64,000 bases of DNA from a virus (lineage: Duplodnaviria; Caudoviricetes). Shown one piece after another: positions 47,518 to 56,630 of the stretch. Both the position numbers and the translations under genes were made by a program. Each line of letters starts with the position of its first letter. Position 1 is the stretch's first letter. The stretch spans positions 32,001-96,000 of the IMG/VR virus record IMGVR_UViG_3300035696_000004. One strand, 5' to 3'. The notes beneath the pieces are model-generated. The model saw nothing but the letters and a program-made list of their open reading frames with translations, was not told where the DNA came from and searched no databases.

Positions 47518-47804
47518 TGGAGTGCTTTCGTAACATCACCCAGTAACCCGAGTGCTTTCTGTACCAGAGGAAGATCGCGTTCAGGATCACTAGGGATCCC
47601 CAGGCTGTCAGACGCACCGAAGACACTGACTTCGAACGTCGACTTGTCAATCATCAGGAAACCCGCGGATACCGCATCACGACCCCGGAAGAAAGACGCT
47701 ATGTCGTAATGGCTGACACTACGAGGAAAGACCAGAGCGATGAGGTTTTCCCCGTCAATCGATCCGGTGACGTATTTCCCTTGAATGCATGGATCACTGT
47801 ACAT
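47514..47804 (-). CDS. hypothetical protein
   Basis: FP..VSH.D...VSAGF...FG.SDSLGIPS.PERD motif recalled from phage proteins. Confidence 0.7.
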   Translation of the reverse strand: MYSDPCIQGKYVTGSIDGENLIALVFPRSVSHYDIASFFRGRDAVSAGFLMIDKSTFEVSVFGASDSLGIPSDPERDLPLVQKALGLLGDVTKALQ

Positions 47805-47810
47805 CTTTTT

Positions 47811-48134
47811 TCACCTTAAAAAGTAACAGACTCCGCTTTTCAGACGGACATGGACCATGTTTTCAGCCGCCGAGGTAGCCTCCACGACTTCTGCGTTCGC
47901 ATACGTCATGAAGAGTTCAACGACGTGCTTTTTCCATTCCGTCATCCATTGGATATGCAAATATCGCCATACCTGCATATCGTCGTACTGACTCGGATGC
48001 GGGGCCGGTTTCAGTTTGCAGTATTCCCGCAACTGGTAGTCACGGAAACGTTTCCAGTCGGGATGTGCGGATTCATAATGCTCCGCCATATACTCCACGG
48101 GTTCAGAAGGAAACACGAGTTCGATGGCATTCAT
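47811..48134 (-). CDS. hypothetical protein
   Basis: RBS GAGGA; co-directional. Confidence 0.65.
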   Translation of the reverse strand: MNAIELVFPSEPVEYMAEHYESAHPDWKRFRDYQLREYCKLKPAPHPSQYDDMQVWRYLHIQWMTEWKKHVVELFMTYANAEVVEATSAAENMVHVRLKSGVCYFLR

Positions 48135-48206
48135 ACATTCCTCTCATCATTGAGTTCTGAATCAAAGAATTACGTCCCCGTGTTTCTTTTTATTAGCCGA
48201 GCCCCG

Positions 48207-48980
48207 TTATTCCCGTTCGAACCATTCGGAAGGTTCGCGTTCTACAGGTTCGCGTTCAAACGGCTTGACATCCGTGACGGTGAGCGAAGACATGTCAGAC
48301 AATACTGAAAAGGCTTTGACCAGCGTCGCATTGATGAGACTTTCCACGGCCTCAGCGGTGACTAATCCTTCAAGCCCGGGAATCCAGTGAAGAGGGAGCC
48401 AATTGACGCCGATCAGTACGGCATCAGGCCCTATTTTTCCACTAAATATTTCAATATGCCCAGGGTATTTGGCGGCATCCGACGATTCTTTTTTGATGGT
48501 GCATACCAGGCTACCCGGGCAGCGAACCACCAAGCCCGGCTGAGGACCGGTACGGATCGAAATATCGAAATCGGGACGGTGCCGGAAACTTGACATTTCA
48601 AATAGATTTTGATCAATCGGACGCGGCAGAATAAGAAGACCTTTTTCATTTATGAACTCTTTGATCTTGAGGTCGAGCGCCTTGAATAAATGTTCATTGC
48701 TGAAAGAAATTCCGGTCATCCCCTTCGTGTACAATACCAGGTCGATTTTTTGCTCGGTTGCAGCGCGCTGAGTGCAGCCAACCATAACCTTATAATCAAG
48801 CAAGTAGCTTGCCGACAAACCGACCTTCCGTATGCAATCGATGACATCCGTCTTCTTGAAGATGTCGACTACGTAGGATCCGTGACTGACCGTGCCCAGA
48901 CGTTTTTCCAGGAGTTCAGCCGGAAACTCAATCGTCGATTCAGGTGCGTTCATTTTGCTTCTTTCTAATGTAGATGGCAT
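48207..48980 (-). CDS. hypothetical protein
   Basis: 257-aa ORF; likely start MNAPES. Confidence 0.65.
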   Translation of the reverse strand: MPSTLERSKMNAPESTIEFPAELLEKRLGTVSHGSYVVDIFKKTDVIDCIRKVGLSASYLLDYKVMVGCTQRAATEQKIDLVLYTKGMTGISFSNEHLFKALDLKIKEFINEKGLLILPRPIDQNLFEMSSFRHRPDFDISIRTGPQPGLVVRCPGSLVCTIKKESSDAAKYPGHIEIFSGKIGPDAVLIGVNWLPLHWIPGLEGLVTAEAVESLINATLVKAFSVLSDMSSLTVTDVKPFEREPVEREPSEWFERE

Positions 48981-48982
48981 AG

Positions 48983-49008
48983 AGGACTACGGGAAATCCC
49001 GTAGTCCT
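48983..49008 (-). terminator. hairpin after dcd
   Basis: AGGACTACGGG-AAAT-CCCGTAGTCCT. Confidence 0.75.
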
Positions 49009-49019
49009 AAGAGGGCGGA

Positions 49020-49787
49020 TTACAAACGTGCAGTGGTGACGCCGGTCTGACCTTGATACTTCCCGCCACGATCCTTGTAACTGGTTCGGCACGGATTACC
49101 GCGCAGGAAGACCACCTGTGCTACGCCTTCGTTGGCGTAGATCTTTGCCGGGAGCGGTGTCGTGTTGGAGAACTCCAGCGTGACATATCCTTCCCATTCC
49201 GGTTCGAACGGCGTGACGTTCACGATGATACCGCATCGTGCGTATGTCGACTTGCCGAGGCAAATCGTCAAGATATTCCGAGGGATACGGAAGTACTCCA
49301 CCGTTCGTGCCAGAGCAAACGAGTTCGGCGGGATGATGCAGTAGCCTTTCCCGGACACTTCCACGAAAGAGGTCGGATCGAAGTTCTTCGGGTCGACGAT
49401 AGCGCTGTTGATGTTCGTGAAGACCTTGAACTCATCAGCGCACTGGATGTCGTACCCGTACGAGCTGAGTCCGAACGAAATGACTTTCTCACCGTCGACC
49501 TCGCGGATCTGTTCCCCGTGGAAAGGTTCGATCATCGGTTCAAACTTGTACGAGCTATCGTACGGTACATAATCGACCGTCACCGGTACGACACTACTCC
49601 AGGTGTCGCGCATCGCTTCCATGACTCGACGGGCTTTAAAAACACCATCGTAGATCGGAATCGTCTGAATGATAGCCCCTTCCAAATCTTTAATGATTAC
49701 CCGGCCAGTTTCCGGGGTGCAGCGCGCTTCGATCTCGAAGTCAGCGAGCAAGATACTCTCAATGTAATCCGAAGCCGTAGGTTCCAT
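49020..49787 (-). CDS. dcd: dCTP deaminase
   Basis: [60 protein letters not shown]. Confidence 0.95.
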   Translation of the reverse strand: MEPTASDYIESILLADFEIEARCTPETGRVIIKDLEGAIIQTIPIYDGVFKARRVMEAMRDTWSSVVPVTVDYVPYDSSYKFEPMIEPFHGEQIREVDGEKVISFGLSSYGYDIQCADEFKVFTNINSAIVDPKNFDPTSFVEVSGKGYCIIPPNSFALARTVEYFRIPRNILTICLGKSTYARCGIIVNVTPFEPEWEGYVTLEFSNTTPLPAKIYANEGVAQVVFLRGNPCRTSYKDRGGKYQGQTGVTTARL

Positions 49788-49802
49788 CTTCTTATACCTT
49801 GT

Positions 49803-50150
49803 TTAACGAACACTTTCCAGATACACCAGGCAGCGTTCAATGTGTTTATCTGTCAAACGATCCGACAGTTTGGAAAAGAGGAGCGCCAGGTCACGAAAAC
49901 CCTCGTATTCCTTCTCACCAAACAAGACGATATCCAGTTCATCACTGAAATGCCCAATCGCCTTACGTGCACGATTAAAGGCATTCAACGCCGTATCACT
50001 GTGTCGCCGTCCGCCGACTAAGCGAATACCGTGTAGGGCGATGATGATGTAGTCTCCAAATGCTGAGAGACTGGTTGCGGTGAAACCTGGATCACGACAA
50101 TGGTCCAGGAGTTCATACAACACGAGTTCTACTGATTGCGTCTGCGTCAT
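49803..50150 (-). CDS. hypothetical protein
   Basis: ATGA overlap with the upstream ORF. Confidence 0.6.
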   Translation of the reverse strand: MTQTQSVELVLYELLDHCRDPGFTATSLSAFGDYIIIALHGIRLVGGRRHSDTALNAFNRARKAIGHFSDELDIVLFGEKEYEGFRDLALLFSKLSDRLTDKHIERCLVYLESVR

Positions 50151-50515
50151 CCGAGGACGAGCTCCGCGTAATGCTGGGCGCTTTGGAAGAGCTCCGGCGT
50201 GAGCCGTTTCTCTACTTTGGTGTAGGTTTCAGCGAGGGTCTGAATACGCTTAAACAACACCGGGTCAAACTCCAGCGTGGATTCATCATCCGACATACTG
50301 GGGTGGTTGATGATATCGGTCATGGCTCGAAAGCCCTGATCGGCATCTTCAGCTAGGAATCGACTACCGACCTTCTTGACCGCATACGCTGCGACCGAGA
50401 GGATTTTAGCGAACGTCTCCTTATTCGCATTACTGAGCCAACCATTGTTGTACGTGACAACCTGTTGATGCAGCTTGATTTCGAAGTCTTCGAACATGCT
50501 GTTTTCTTTGCTCAT
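50147..50515 (-). CDS. hypothetical protein
   Basis: Co-directional ORF. Confidence 0.65.
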   Translation of the reverse strand: MSKENSMFEDFEIKLHQQVVTYNNGWLSNANKETFAKILSVAAYAVKKVGSRFLAEDADQGFRAMTDIINHPSMSDDESTLEFDPVLFKRIQTLAETYTKVEKRLTPELFQSAQHYAELVLG

Positions 50516-50548
50516 TTTGTCATGACCCTTGTTAACGAGTGGAACGTT

Positions 50549-50953
50549 TTAATACAGCGGATATTGATACAGCGGAATGGAATTCGGTAATACCAGTTCT
50601 TCTTTTCGATGCGACTTCTTTTTTACAGCGATGACACTCAGCAACGTGTTGGAGGGCCCACTGGTATCGAAGACCGGTTCGATTTCAATCATGTCATCGA
50701 TGACCGTCGTTGACCAGCCATCCAGTACGGATTTGGGTAACGCACCGCCGTCGACCATTGCCAGCACATATTCCCAAAATAACTGGCGCAGTTTGACAAT
50801 ACTCACGAGATGTAGCGCCGGGGACCGGAGCGACTCATCAGCGAGTGATCCGGTAAGCGACATGATGAACTGGGCTTCAAAACGATCACCCCACTCCACC
50901 GCATGATCATTCAACGAAACAATGCTGACGATCCCCTTAACACGCACTTTCAT
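50549..50953 (-). CDS. hypothetical protein
   Basis: ATGA overlap with the upstream ORF. Confidence 0.6.
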   Translation of the reverse strand: MKVRVKGIVSIVSLNDHAVEWGDRFEAQFIMSLTGSLADESLRSPALHLVSIVKLRQLFWEYVLAMVDGGALPKSVLDGWSTTVIDDMIEIEPVFDTSGPSNTLLSVIAVKKKSHRKEELVLPNSIPLYQYPLY

Positions 50954-51444
50954 GGCAAATCCTTTTTAAGTGATACGATAGCGTCCCTATCAAAGTACCA
51001 ACCCAATCCACCTGTCTCACCATATTTTTGGATGACGATCGTCCTCCAATCAAGCCAACTATGAAATCGGTAGAATGCGTACCCCTCTTTATCACGCAAC
51101 GTCAGCTCGTCATAAAGACCGGAAACCTTCTCGGCGACCTCATGAATAAAGAGGGCGATTTCTTCAATGTCCGCAGTGGGCTTGTGATCGACACCGTTTG
51201 TATCCTCGGGGGGTTTCGCAAGCTGAGAACGAACGCCCTCAATCATGTCATCTAGCGCATCTGGCCAATTTCGTTTACAGACCAGTCCATCAAAGATCCG
51301 AGTCAAGAGACTCGTCATGTTGAGGGTATACTTTTCCCCGAGCAATATTTCAAACGCGACCCATGGCTGTCGGACAATCGGTTCGATATCCAGAACGAGA
51401 TAAGCCGGGCCTTTTATTTTTTTCATTTCTTCATCGTAACTCAT
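50950..51444 (-). CDS. hypothetical protein (P.Y.VLDI family)
   Basis: PAYLVLDI..YRFHSWLD..TIVI; resembles the 51431 ORF. Confidence 0.65.
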   Translation of the reverse strand: MSYDEEMKKIKGPAYLVLDIEPIVRQPWVAFEILLGEKYTLNMTSLLTRIFDGLVCKRNWPDALDDMIEGVRSQLAKPPEDTNGVDHKPTADIEEIALFIHEVAEKVSGLYDELTLRDKEGYAFYRFHSWLDWRTIVIQKYGETGGLGWYFDRDAIVSLKKDLP

Positions 51445-51829
51445 TATTCTTGCCCCAATGCATCAGAGTGAACGTCTTGGTATCGAAACGACACGAGTAG
51501 ACATAGTCATGACTTCCAGCGAGATGGTAGACGCCCAATCTCACCAGCTCGGAATAAAAAGCAAACCCTGCCTCCATCACCGCTCTCGCTACCGCCTCAC
51601 CGACTTGAGCACTGTAGGCACGACCATACCGATCTTTCATTCTGATCGATTGGTCCATCATAGCTGATGTTGCTAAGTTTTTATTTACGAGGGCGGTCAT
51701 GACACCATCGATACAATCGTCCACGATCGCTTCTCGCGCCACCTCATCAGGCAGGACGTTGTAGAGCATATCGAAGACGTTAGGAATCTCGAGGATGATG
51801 TATTTGGGGTACTTCACAGGTGTATTCAT
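51431..51829 (-). CDS. hypothetical protein (P.Y.ILEI family)
   Basis: PKYIILEI..YVYSCRFD..TFTL. Confidence 0.65.
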   Translation of the reverse strand: MNTPVKYPKYIILEIPNVFDMLYNVLPDEVAREAIVDDCIDGVMTALVNKNLATSAMMDQSIRMKDRYGRAYSAQVGEAVARAVMEAGFAFYSELVRLGVYHLAGSHDYVYSCRFDTKTFTLMHWGKNNELR

Positions 51830-51850
51830 TTACGCCCCCAGATAGTCACA

Positions 51851-52102
51851 TTACCGATACGGATACGTGACCGAAGTCACCTCGACCGGGTTGTTGGTCA
51901 AGAAGAACTCGATCTCAGCGATCTTTTCCAGAGGCAGATGACCCGGCCATACGCATTTGCCATCGACAAAGTACGCTCGTGCAGGACGCATGGAGCGGTT
52001 GTACTCGATGTTGCCAGCGAGGTCAAAGTCGGCCACGCCATTATCGACGATATCGCCATTGGGGTACACACCACGGGTGTGATGAATGTGTTTTGCTTCC
52101 AT
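51851..52102 (-). CDS. small conserved phage protein
   Basis: RGVYPNG..IEYN..RP.RAYFVDG.C motif; start re-assigned to 52102; directly behind an early promoter. Confidence 0.7.
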   Translation of the reverse strand: MEAKHIHHTRGVYPNGDIVDNGVADFDLAGNIEYNRSMRPARAYFVDGKCVWPGHLPLEKIAEIEFFLTNNPVEVTSVTYPYR

Positions 52103-52200
52103 ACAGGCTCCTTTTTTAGTGTCATTGAAAACAGAGAACATAAGAATAAAGATGTCGTGTGCTTATTTAGCTTTATGAGCACGAGCCTATGCTCACGTTA

Positions 52201-52224
52201 GTAATATATATTTGAAGTTTTTTA
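52201..52224 (-). promoter_or_regulatory. early-type promoter
   Basis: Minus strand TAAAAAACTTCAAATATATATTAC. Confidence 0.7.
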
Positions 52225-52255
52225 CAATGAGATAAAAAAGAAAAAAGAAGCCACT

Positions 52256-52283
52256 CCTCCTACTCCCTCACGGGAGTAGGAGG
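52256..52283 (-). terminator. rho-independent terminator
   Basis: CCTCCTACTCCC-TCAC-GGGAGTAGGAGG with an A-run to the left (U-tract on the minus strand). Confidence 0.75.
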
Positions 52284-52289
52284 GTATGA

Positions 52290-52409
52290 TCAACGCGGTG
52301 TCACCACCACGTTTAATCCACGCGATTGAGCGTAATCAATGAGCGCCCTCAATTGATTGACATACTGTTGCTTCGCTTTGAAACGCGTCGTGACTTTTTT
52401 GTTCTTCAT
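52290..52409 (-). CDS. small basic peptide (39 aa, not in the ORF track)
   Basis: MKNKKVTTRFKAKQQYVNQLRALIDYAQSRGLNVVVTPR; ends just before the terminator. Confidence 0.45.
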   Translation of the reverse strand: MKNKKVTTRFKAKQQYVNQLRALIDYAQSRGLNVVVTPR

Positions 52410-52424
52410 GGTATCGCTTCTTAT

Positions 52425-52976
52425 TTAGAGTTTGGTATTCAGGTGTTTCCAGGTACGACCTTTTACAGCAACGACGACAGTGGCGGCGCTGTAGCCCTCA
52501 TCCTTGGCTTTCTGAACGAGTTCAGCGCGCGTATGGTTCATGGCGTACTGTCGAAACTCGAGGACTTTCTTGCCATCAAGCTTTTTCCTAACCGTGTACG
52601 TACTCGCATCGTGGAGATCGCCGACAAAGCAGTTCTCCGGACCAAAGTCCAGATCCGTATTACGACGGCGAAGAGAGAAGACTTTCCCGAAGGTGGCTTT
52701 CTCCCATTCATCGACGGCTTCGGTGATCCAGCGAGCGAAGTTGGCAAAGCCTTCGGGGTTGTCCTTGTGCCACTCCCATTCGACTTCGATCCCATGCGCG
52801 CCGACCGCATGGTACATTTCAGAACCTTGATTGTAGCAACTGGCATGCATACGTGACCACCGATGATAATGCGGGTGCAGACTGCGACGGTCACGCGTGG
52901 CTGAATTGGTGCGAGAGCTTTTCTTACTCTCTTGGATTTCCGCTTCAGTCGGAAACAGGTTAGCAAGCGATAGCAT
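52425..52976 (-). CDS. HNH-homing-endonuclease-like protein (degenerate) with C-terminal HTH
   Basis: Y.RW..M...CY......Y...GA.GI.V..EW and P.NC motifs; start re-assigned to 52976. Confidence 0.7.
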   Translation of the reverse strand: MLSLANLFPTEAEIQESKKSSRTNSATRDRRSLHPHYHRWSRMHASCYNQGSEMYHAVGAHGIEVEWEWHKDNPEGFANFARWITEAVDEWEKATFGKVFSLRRRNTDLDFGPENCFVGDLHDASTYTVRKKLDGKKVLEFRQYAMNHTRAELVQKAKDEGYSAATVVVAVKGRTWKHLNTKL

Positions 52977-53514
52977 TGTTGGATTCCTTTTTACGTTCTT
53001 CTTTGAGTAATACCCTCGGTTCGACCGCGTCCACATTCGCCCAGTGTTGACTATTGAGGGCCGAAACGAGCGTTCTGTATTTGAGGGAAAACAGAGCCGC
53101 CAGTTCTTTGAGCGAGGTCATGGGATGGACACGAGCGTATTGTCTGATTTCAACGACCTTGTCGAATGTCAGTACACAACGGCTAGCACTTTGTTGTGTC
53201 TCGATATGCGACAAACGAATGATGCAGTTGTCAGGTGAGAAATTCCCTTTCGGATCCTTACGACCGACTTCAAACGTGGAGCCAGGGGTCCAGCCTAATT
53301 GATTCAATTCCTTTTCGATCCACTGCATGTAGTTGGCAAATCCCAGATAGTTATTCCGGGACCACTCCCATTCGACGCGTACCCCTTTGGCACCGTAGCG
53401 TCGATACTGTTCATTGCGCGGACTATAGCAACGACCGTGCATGCAGATCCAGCGGCGATAAAACGGATGCTTACCTACCGCTTCGAGTAACTTGCTATTC
53501 GGAAAACCGCCCAT
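52960..53514 (-). CDS. HNH-homing-endonuclease-like protein, tandem paralog
   Basis: HPFYRRWICMHGRCY..YGAKGVRVEWEW..GNFSPDNC; C-terminal HTH; start at 53514 after AAGGAA. Confidence 0.7.
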   Translation of the reverse strand: MGGFPNSKLLEAVGKHPFYRRWICMHGRCYSPRNEQYRRYGAKGVRVEWEWSRNNYLGFANYMQWIEKELNQLGWTPGSTFEVGRKDPKGNFSPDNCIIRLSHIETQQSASRCVLTFDKVVEIRQYARVHPMTSLKELAALFSLKYRTLVSALNSQHWANVDAVEPRVLLKEERKKESNNAIAC

Positions 53515-53568
53515 GATCGGTTCCTTGTTATTAAGAATATCTAACACAACATTTTTAAAGACGGCTTT

Positions 53569-53934
53569 TTAAATGATCGGGACACCTAGCGCACTGAAGA
53601 CGCTCACGATCAACGCGGTACCGATCATGACGAGCAGATGCACGTATTGATCGAACCCGAAGGACAACTTGTTTTTTATCTTCCAGTAGTCGGTGATCCC
53701 ATGGGTCAGGATCTGAACGACCATCGCGATGATGCTCCCGGTGAAGAGCAGAACGAACCCCGCATGGATCATGCAGTGTGCGAAGAGGGCGTGCGGCCAG
53801 ATGTCTTTACCTTCAACAGTCGAAGGGTTCTTGGCTTTTTCGAGGAAGTACCCTTGCAACGGGAAGTCCGCCAGGTAATGTCCAAAGACGAGCCACATCA
53901 AGAGCATGAAGAAGTTCGGATGGAAAAAGGGCAT
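53569..53934 (-). CDS. DUF3307-like membrane protein
   Basis: GH.LADFPLQ...H..IH...H.I.D..K...DQ..H motif pattern with TM helices. Confidence 0.75.
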   Translation of the reverse strand: MPFFHPNFFMLLMWLVFGHYLADFPLQGYFLEKAKNPSTVEGKDIWPHALFAHCMIHAGFVLLFTGSIIAMVVQILTHGITDYWKIKNKLSFGFDQYVHLLVMIGTALIVSVFSALGVPII

Positions 53935-53966
53935 GATTGTTTTTACTTTCCCTGAGTGAGTTAAAT

Positions 53967-53984
53967 AGGGGGCGTGAGCCCCCT
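53967..53984 (-). terminator. hairpin
   Basis: AGGGGGC-GTGA-GCCCCCT. Confidence 0.5.
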
Positions 53985-53989
53985 GATGG

Positions 53990-54421
53990 TTAGACGTTGT
54001 CCGGGATGTACCCGTCGATCAGCGCTGTTCTGATCGCAATGCAGGTCACGATGGGTGCGTTCAGATCGCTCAAGATATTGCCGGTCTTGACTTTCGGAAT
54101 GATCACATCGAAACGTTCCGGTACGATATCCGTATCGTTGTACGTCACGATGTCGCCTTCCAGAGTACTCGCCATCGATACATTGATGGAGGTTATGACC
54201 GTCGGCGCATCACTGTCAACGAGGGTGAGGTTGTAGTCCCCGGAATAGCCGTAGCGCATGGCGAAGGTGTTCATGACCGAAGTCAGACGAGCCTTGAACT
54301 CCATAGGCTCGATATGGGTTTCGTTATCATCCTTGAGACCCGAAAACATCCCGACGAAGGATCCGAAGAATGCCGGACCCATGCTGACATCTTCCATAGT
54401 ACGTGCAAATACCGAAATCAT
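53990..54421 (-). CDS. hypothetical protein
   Basis: RBS AAGGGG. Confidence 0.6.
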   Translation of the reverse strand: MISVFARTMEDVSMGPAFFGSFVGMFSGLKDDNETHIEPMEFKARLTSVMNTFAMRYGYSGDYNLTLVDSDAPTVITSINVSMASTLEGDIVTYNDTDIVPERFDVIIPKVKTGNILSDLNAPIVTCIAIRTALIDGYIPDNV

Positions 54422-54473
54422 TTTTTACCCCTTAACGGTTTGATGGTAGAAGAGAACTTAACAAAGGTTGTAT

Positions 54474-54743
54474 TTAACGCTTCATCACCTCGGGTATACG
54501 CAAGCTTTTGACATGCGTACGCGGATTAAGAGGGACACTCTCGTCCGGTGAGATGATCACGACCTCAAAAGGACACGTCCCTTTGATACGTGTTCGGACC
54601 CAACTACTGACGGTGGTCTTGCCACCGATGGCCTTTTCGAAGTGGTATCCGGGACCTTCGATTTTTGCTTCCCTGGGGGCTCTGATGACGATCCAGATCC
54701 CTTCGACTTCCCGAACCCTAGCCTCATATTCAGTGACGTTCAT
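54474..54743 (-). CDS. small conserved hypothetical protein
   Basis: E..V.EVEGI.IVIRAP motif. Confidence 0.65.
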   Translation of the reverse strand: MNVTEYEARVREVEGIWIVIRAPREAKIEGPGYHFEKAIGGKTTVSSWVRTRIKGTCPFEVVIISPDESVPLNPRTHVKSLRIPEVMKR

Positions 54744-54749
54744 TATTTT

Positions 54750-55580
54750 TCAACCAAGTGGATGCTCTCTTTTCATGAATGCTTCGTAGAAGGTACCCTC
54801 AGGCACCCTCAGGAGAGACGGGTAACCCAGGTCGTCGATATAGTCCACTAAGGACTTTCGAGAGTCAGCGTAACGCATCAAGACCGAAACACTGGTCCGG
54901 ATATAACGGCACCTCGTTGCAGGATCGAGTTCACGGAATATGGAGTCGGCCATGTTAAAGACGTAATGCACCAGCATGAACTCGGCCGTCAGGCCCGGTA
55001 AAAATGACGACCATCTGCCCCCAAGATACTCGGTCATCGGAATTTCATCAACGAATTGTGGCATGATACCCGCGTCGCATTGGAGCACTGCCGTTTTCAT
55101 GCGTTTGAGGATATTAACTTCCAAAAAGAGAAGATCTTTCCGCTTATCTTCCGGCACATCAAAAAGATCGACGATGATCCGGGAAAAGTTGGCGCTTTCA
55201 AAAAAGTGAGAACGGTCCTTTGGGGATAAATTACGCGGGGCCAAGTACGGGCGCTGCGTCGATGCGCCAAATGGTTCGTTCGGTTGATGGGCGGTGGGTT
55301 GGGGGGCGTAATCGGAACGACACCGGATCTGACGAATACGAGCCAGGGTATAGCCCGTGAGTTTTTGGATGTTCTCGTCGCTTTCGGGTGTGTTCCTGAC
55401 AAAGTCTTCCAGGGTTTGGCCGATATCGGCGTGGATACCGACAAGGACGCGAGCACTCGCGTTGAGGTCGTCTTGAGTCGCGCCGCCGGCGCCAGCACGC
55501 ACGCCTTCGGCAAAGTAACGACGGCATTTGGTGAGCTCGGACTGAATGGCCATGATGAAACTATTGATGGTTCCCGACAT
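54750..55580 (-). CDS. hypothetical protein
   Basis: 276-aa ORF directly downstream of the ACP-like gene. Confidence 0.7.
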   Translation of the reverse strand: MSGTINSFIMAIQSELTKCRRYFAEGVRAGAGGATQDDLNASARVLVGIHADIGQTLEDFVRNTPESDENIQKLTGYTLARIRQIRCRSDYAPQPTAHQPNEPFGASTQRPYLAPRNLSPKDRSHFFESANFSRIIVDLFDVPEDKRKDLLFLEVNILKRMKTAVLQCDAGIMPQFVDEIPMTEYLGGRWSSFLPGLTAEFMLVHYVFNMADSIFRELDPATRCRYIRTSVSVLMRYADSRKSLVDYIDDLGYPSLLRVPEGTFYEAFMKREHPLG

Positions 55581-55581
55581 G

Positions 55582-55830
55582 TTAAGCCTTTCTTACGATA
55601 GTATTGATAATGTCCTGGACAGTTGTCCAGTCATCTGCGTCAACACCGAAGAAGCTGACTTCGGTGACACACTCCAGCTCCATCATCAGCTCATCGAGCT
55701 CGATGACCATGTCAAAGTACAGATCATCGACGAGCAAGGTATCCGGTTTGATCTGGTCCGCGTCAAATCCGAAATCCTCGACGAATATTTTCTGGACGAT
55801 TTGGAAAGCATCTTGTTCGCTGATCGACAT
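55582..55830 (-). CDS. acyl carrier protein-like protein lacking the attachment serine
   Basis: V.KI.VE.FG....IKPD..LVDDL..D...ELMMELE..F....D....TTVQD.I; DSL is replaced by DMV (checked in DNA: GAC ATG GTC). Confidence 0.8.
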   Translation of the reverse strand: MSISEQDAFQIVQKIFVEDFGFDADQIKPDTLLVDDLYFDMVIELDELMMELECVTEVSFFGVDADDWTTVQDIINTIVRKA

Positions 55831-55841
55831 GAGGGGTCTCT

Positions 55842-56165
55842 TTATTCAGTGAGTGTCGGGATTGTGATTTCTTGGAGCACCCTGAAAAGCTTTTCACCGC
55901 GGGCTGTGCAAGCATAATTAACGAGCTTACCGGTTGTAGCGATGAGAACGATGTAGCCGTCCTTGATCAAGTCGTCGACAGACTTATGATTCGGAAGGCT
56001 TGTTATCGGCATCGGACCGATCGTGTAGGTATCGAAGATGACACTGATGCTGGCTTTGTTCATGGTGTCAGAAAAGTCGATGATCTTGGCGGCTTCACGG
56101 ACCTCTGCGATCGATGCGGTCTCGATGTCCGCACCGACGACACTCAGGAGTTTGGTGATATTCAT
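55842..56165 (-). CDS. hypothetical protein, possibly with a C-terminal winged helix
   Basis: L..DGYI......Y..T.RGE.L pattern. Confidence 0.6.
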   Translation of the reverse strand: MNITKLLSVVGADIETASIAEVREAAKIIDFSDTMNKASISVIFDTYTIGPMPITSLPNHKSVDDLIKDGYIVLIATTGKLVNYACTARGEKLFRVLQEITIPTLTE

Positions 56166-56168
56166 TTT

Positions 56169-56606
56169 TTAACCTTGTTTGAATTCAGGGAGTTCGCCAA
56201 AGAGGCGTTCGGCTTTGAATCGAGCCACCCCAACGACAGCAGCAGCGTAAGCGACCCACGGATTACTCGACATGACAACCTCGTCGTAGTAGTCGCCAAC
56301 ATCCTCAGAGCGAAAAGCAGTATGCAACACAGAGTACGCCAGATAGTACTTGTACTCATTGGTGGCAGTTTCTTCGCAGATCTTCGCGTGAATAATACAC
56401 GGATTATCTCCATCGATCTCGATGCTGAGTTTTCGAGCGAGTTCGAACACATCCGCGGGGTTGTTTCTCGGATCCCAATTACATTCCCGAGTACCCCGTT
56501 TGATCATCAGGTGCGGTGCTGTCGATCCCACACCCTCCACGAATTGGATCACACCCAACCCGATCAATTTGGCCATCAATCGGAAATCACGTTCAACTGT
56601 CTTCAT
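56169..56606 (-). CDS. phage ABA-sandwich-like protein
   Basis: WDPRNN.AD.F.LA.KL.I.I motif. Confidence 0.6.
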   Translation of the reverse strand: MKTVERDFRLMAKLIGLGVIQFVEGVGSTAPHLMIKRGTRECNWDPRNNPADVFELARKLSIEIDGDNPCIIHAKICEETATNEYKYYLAYSVLHTAFRSEDVGDYYDEVVMSSNPWVAYAAAVVGVARFKAERLFGELPEFKQG

Positions 56607-56630
56607 TATTGCACCCCTTTCTTCATTTGC

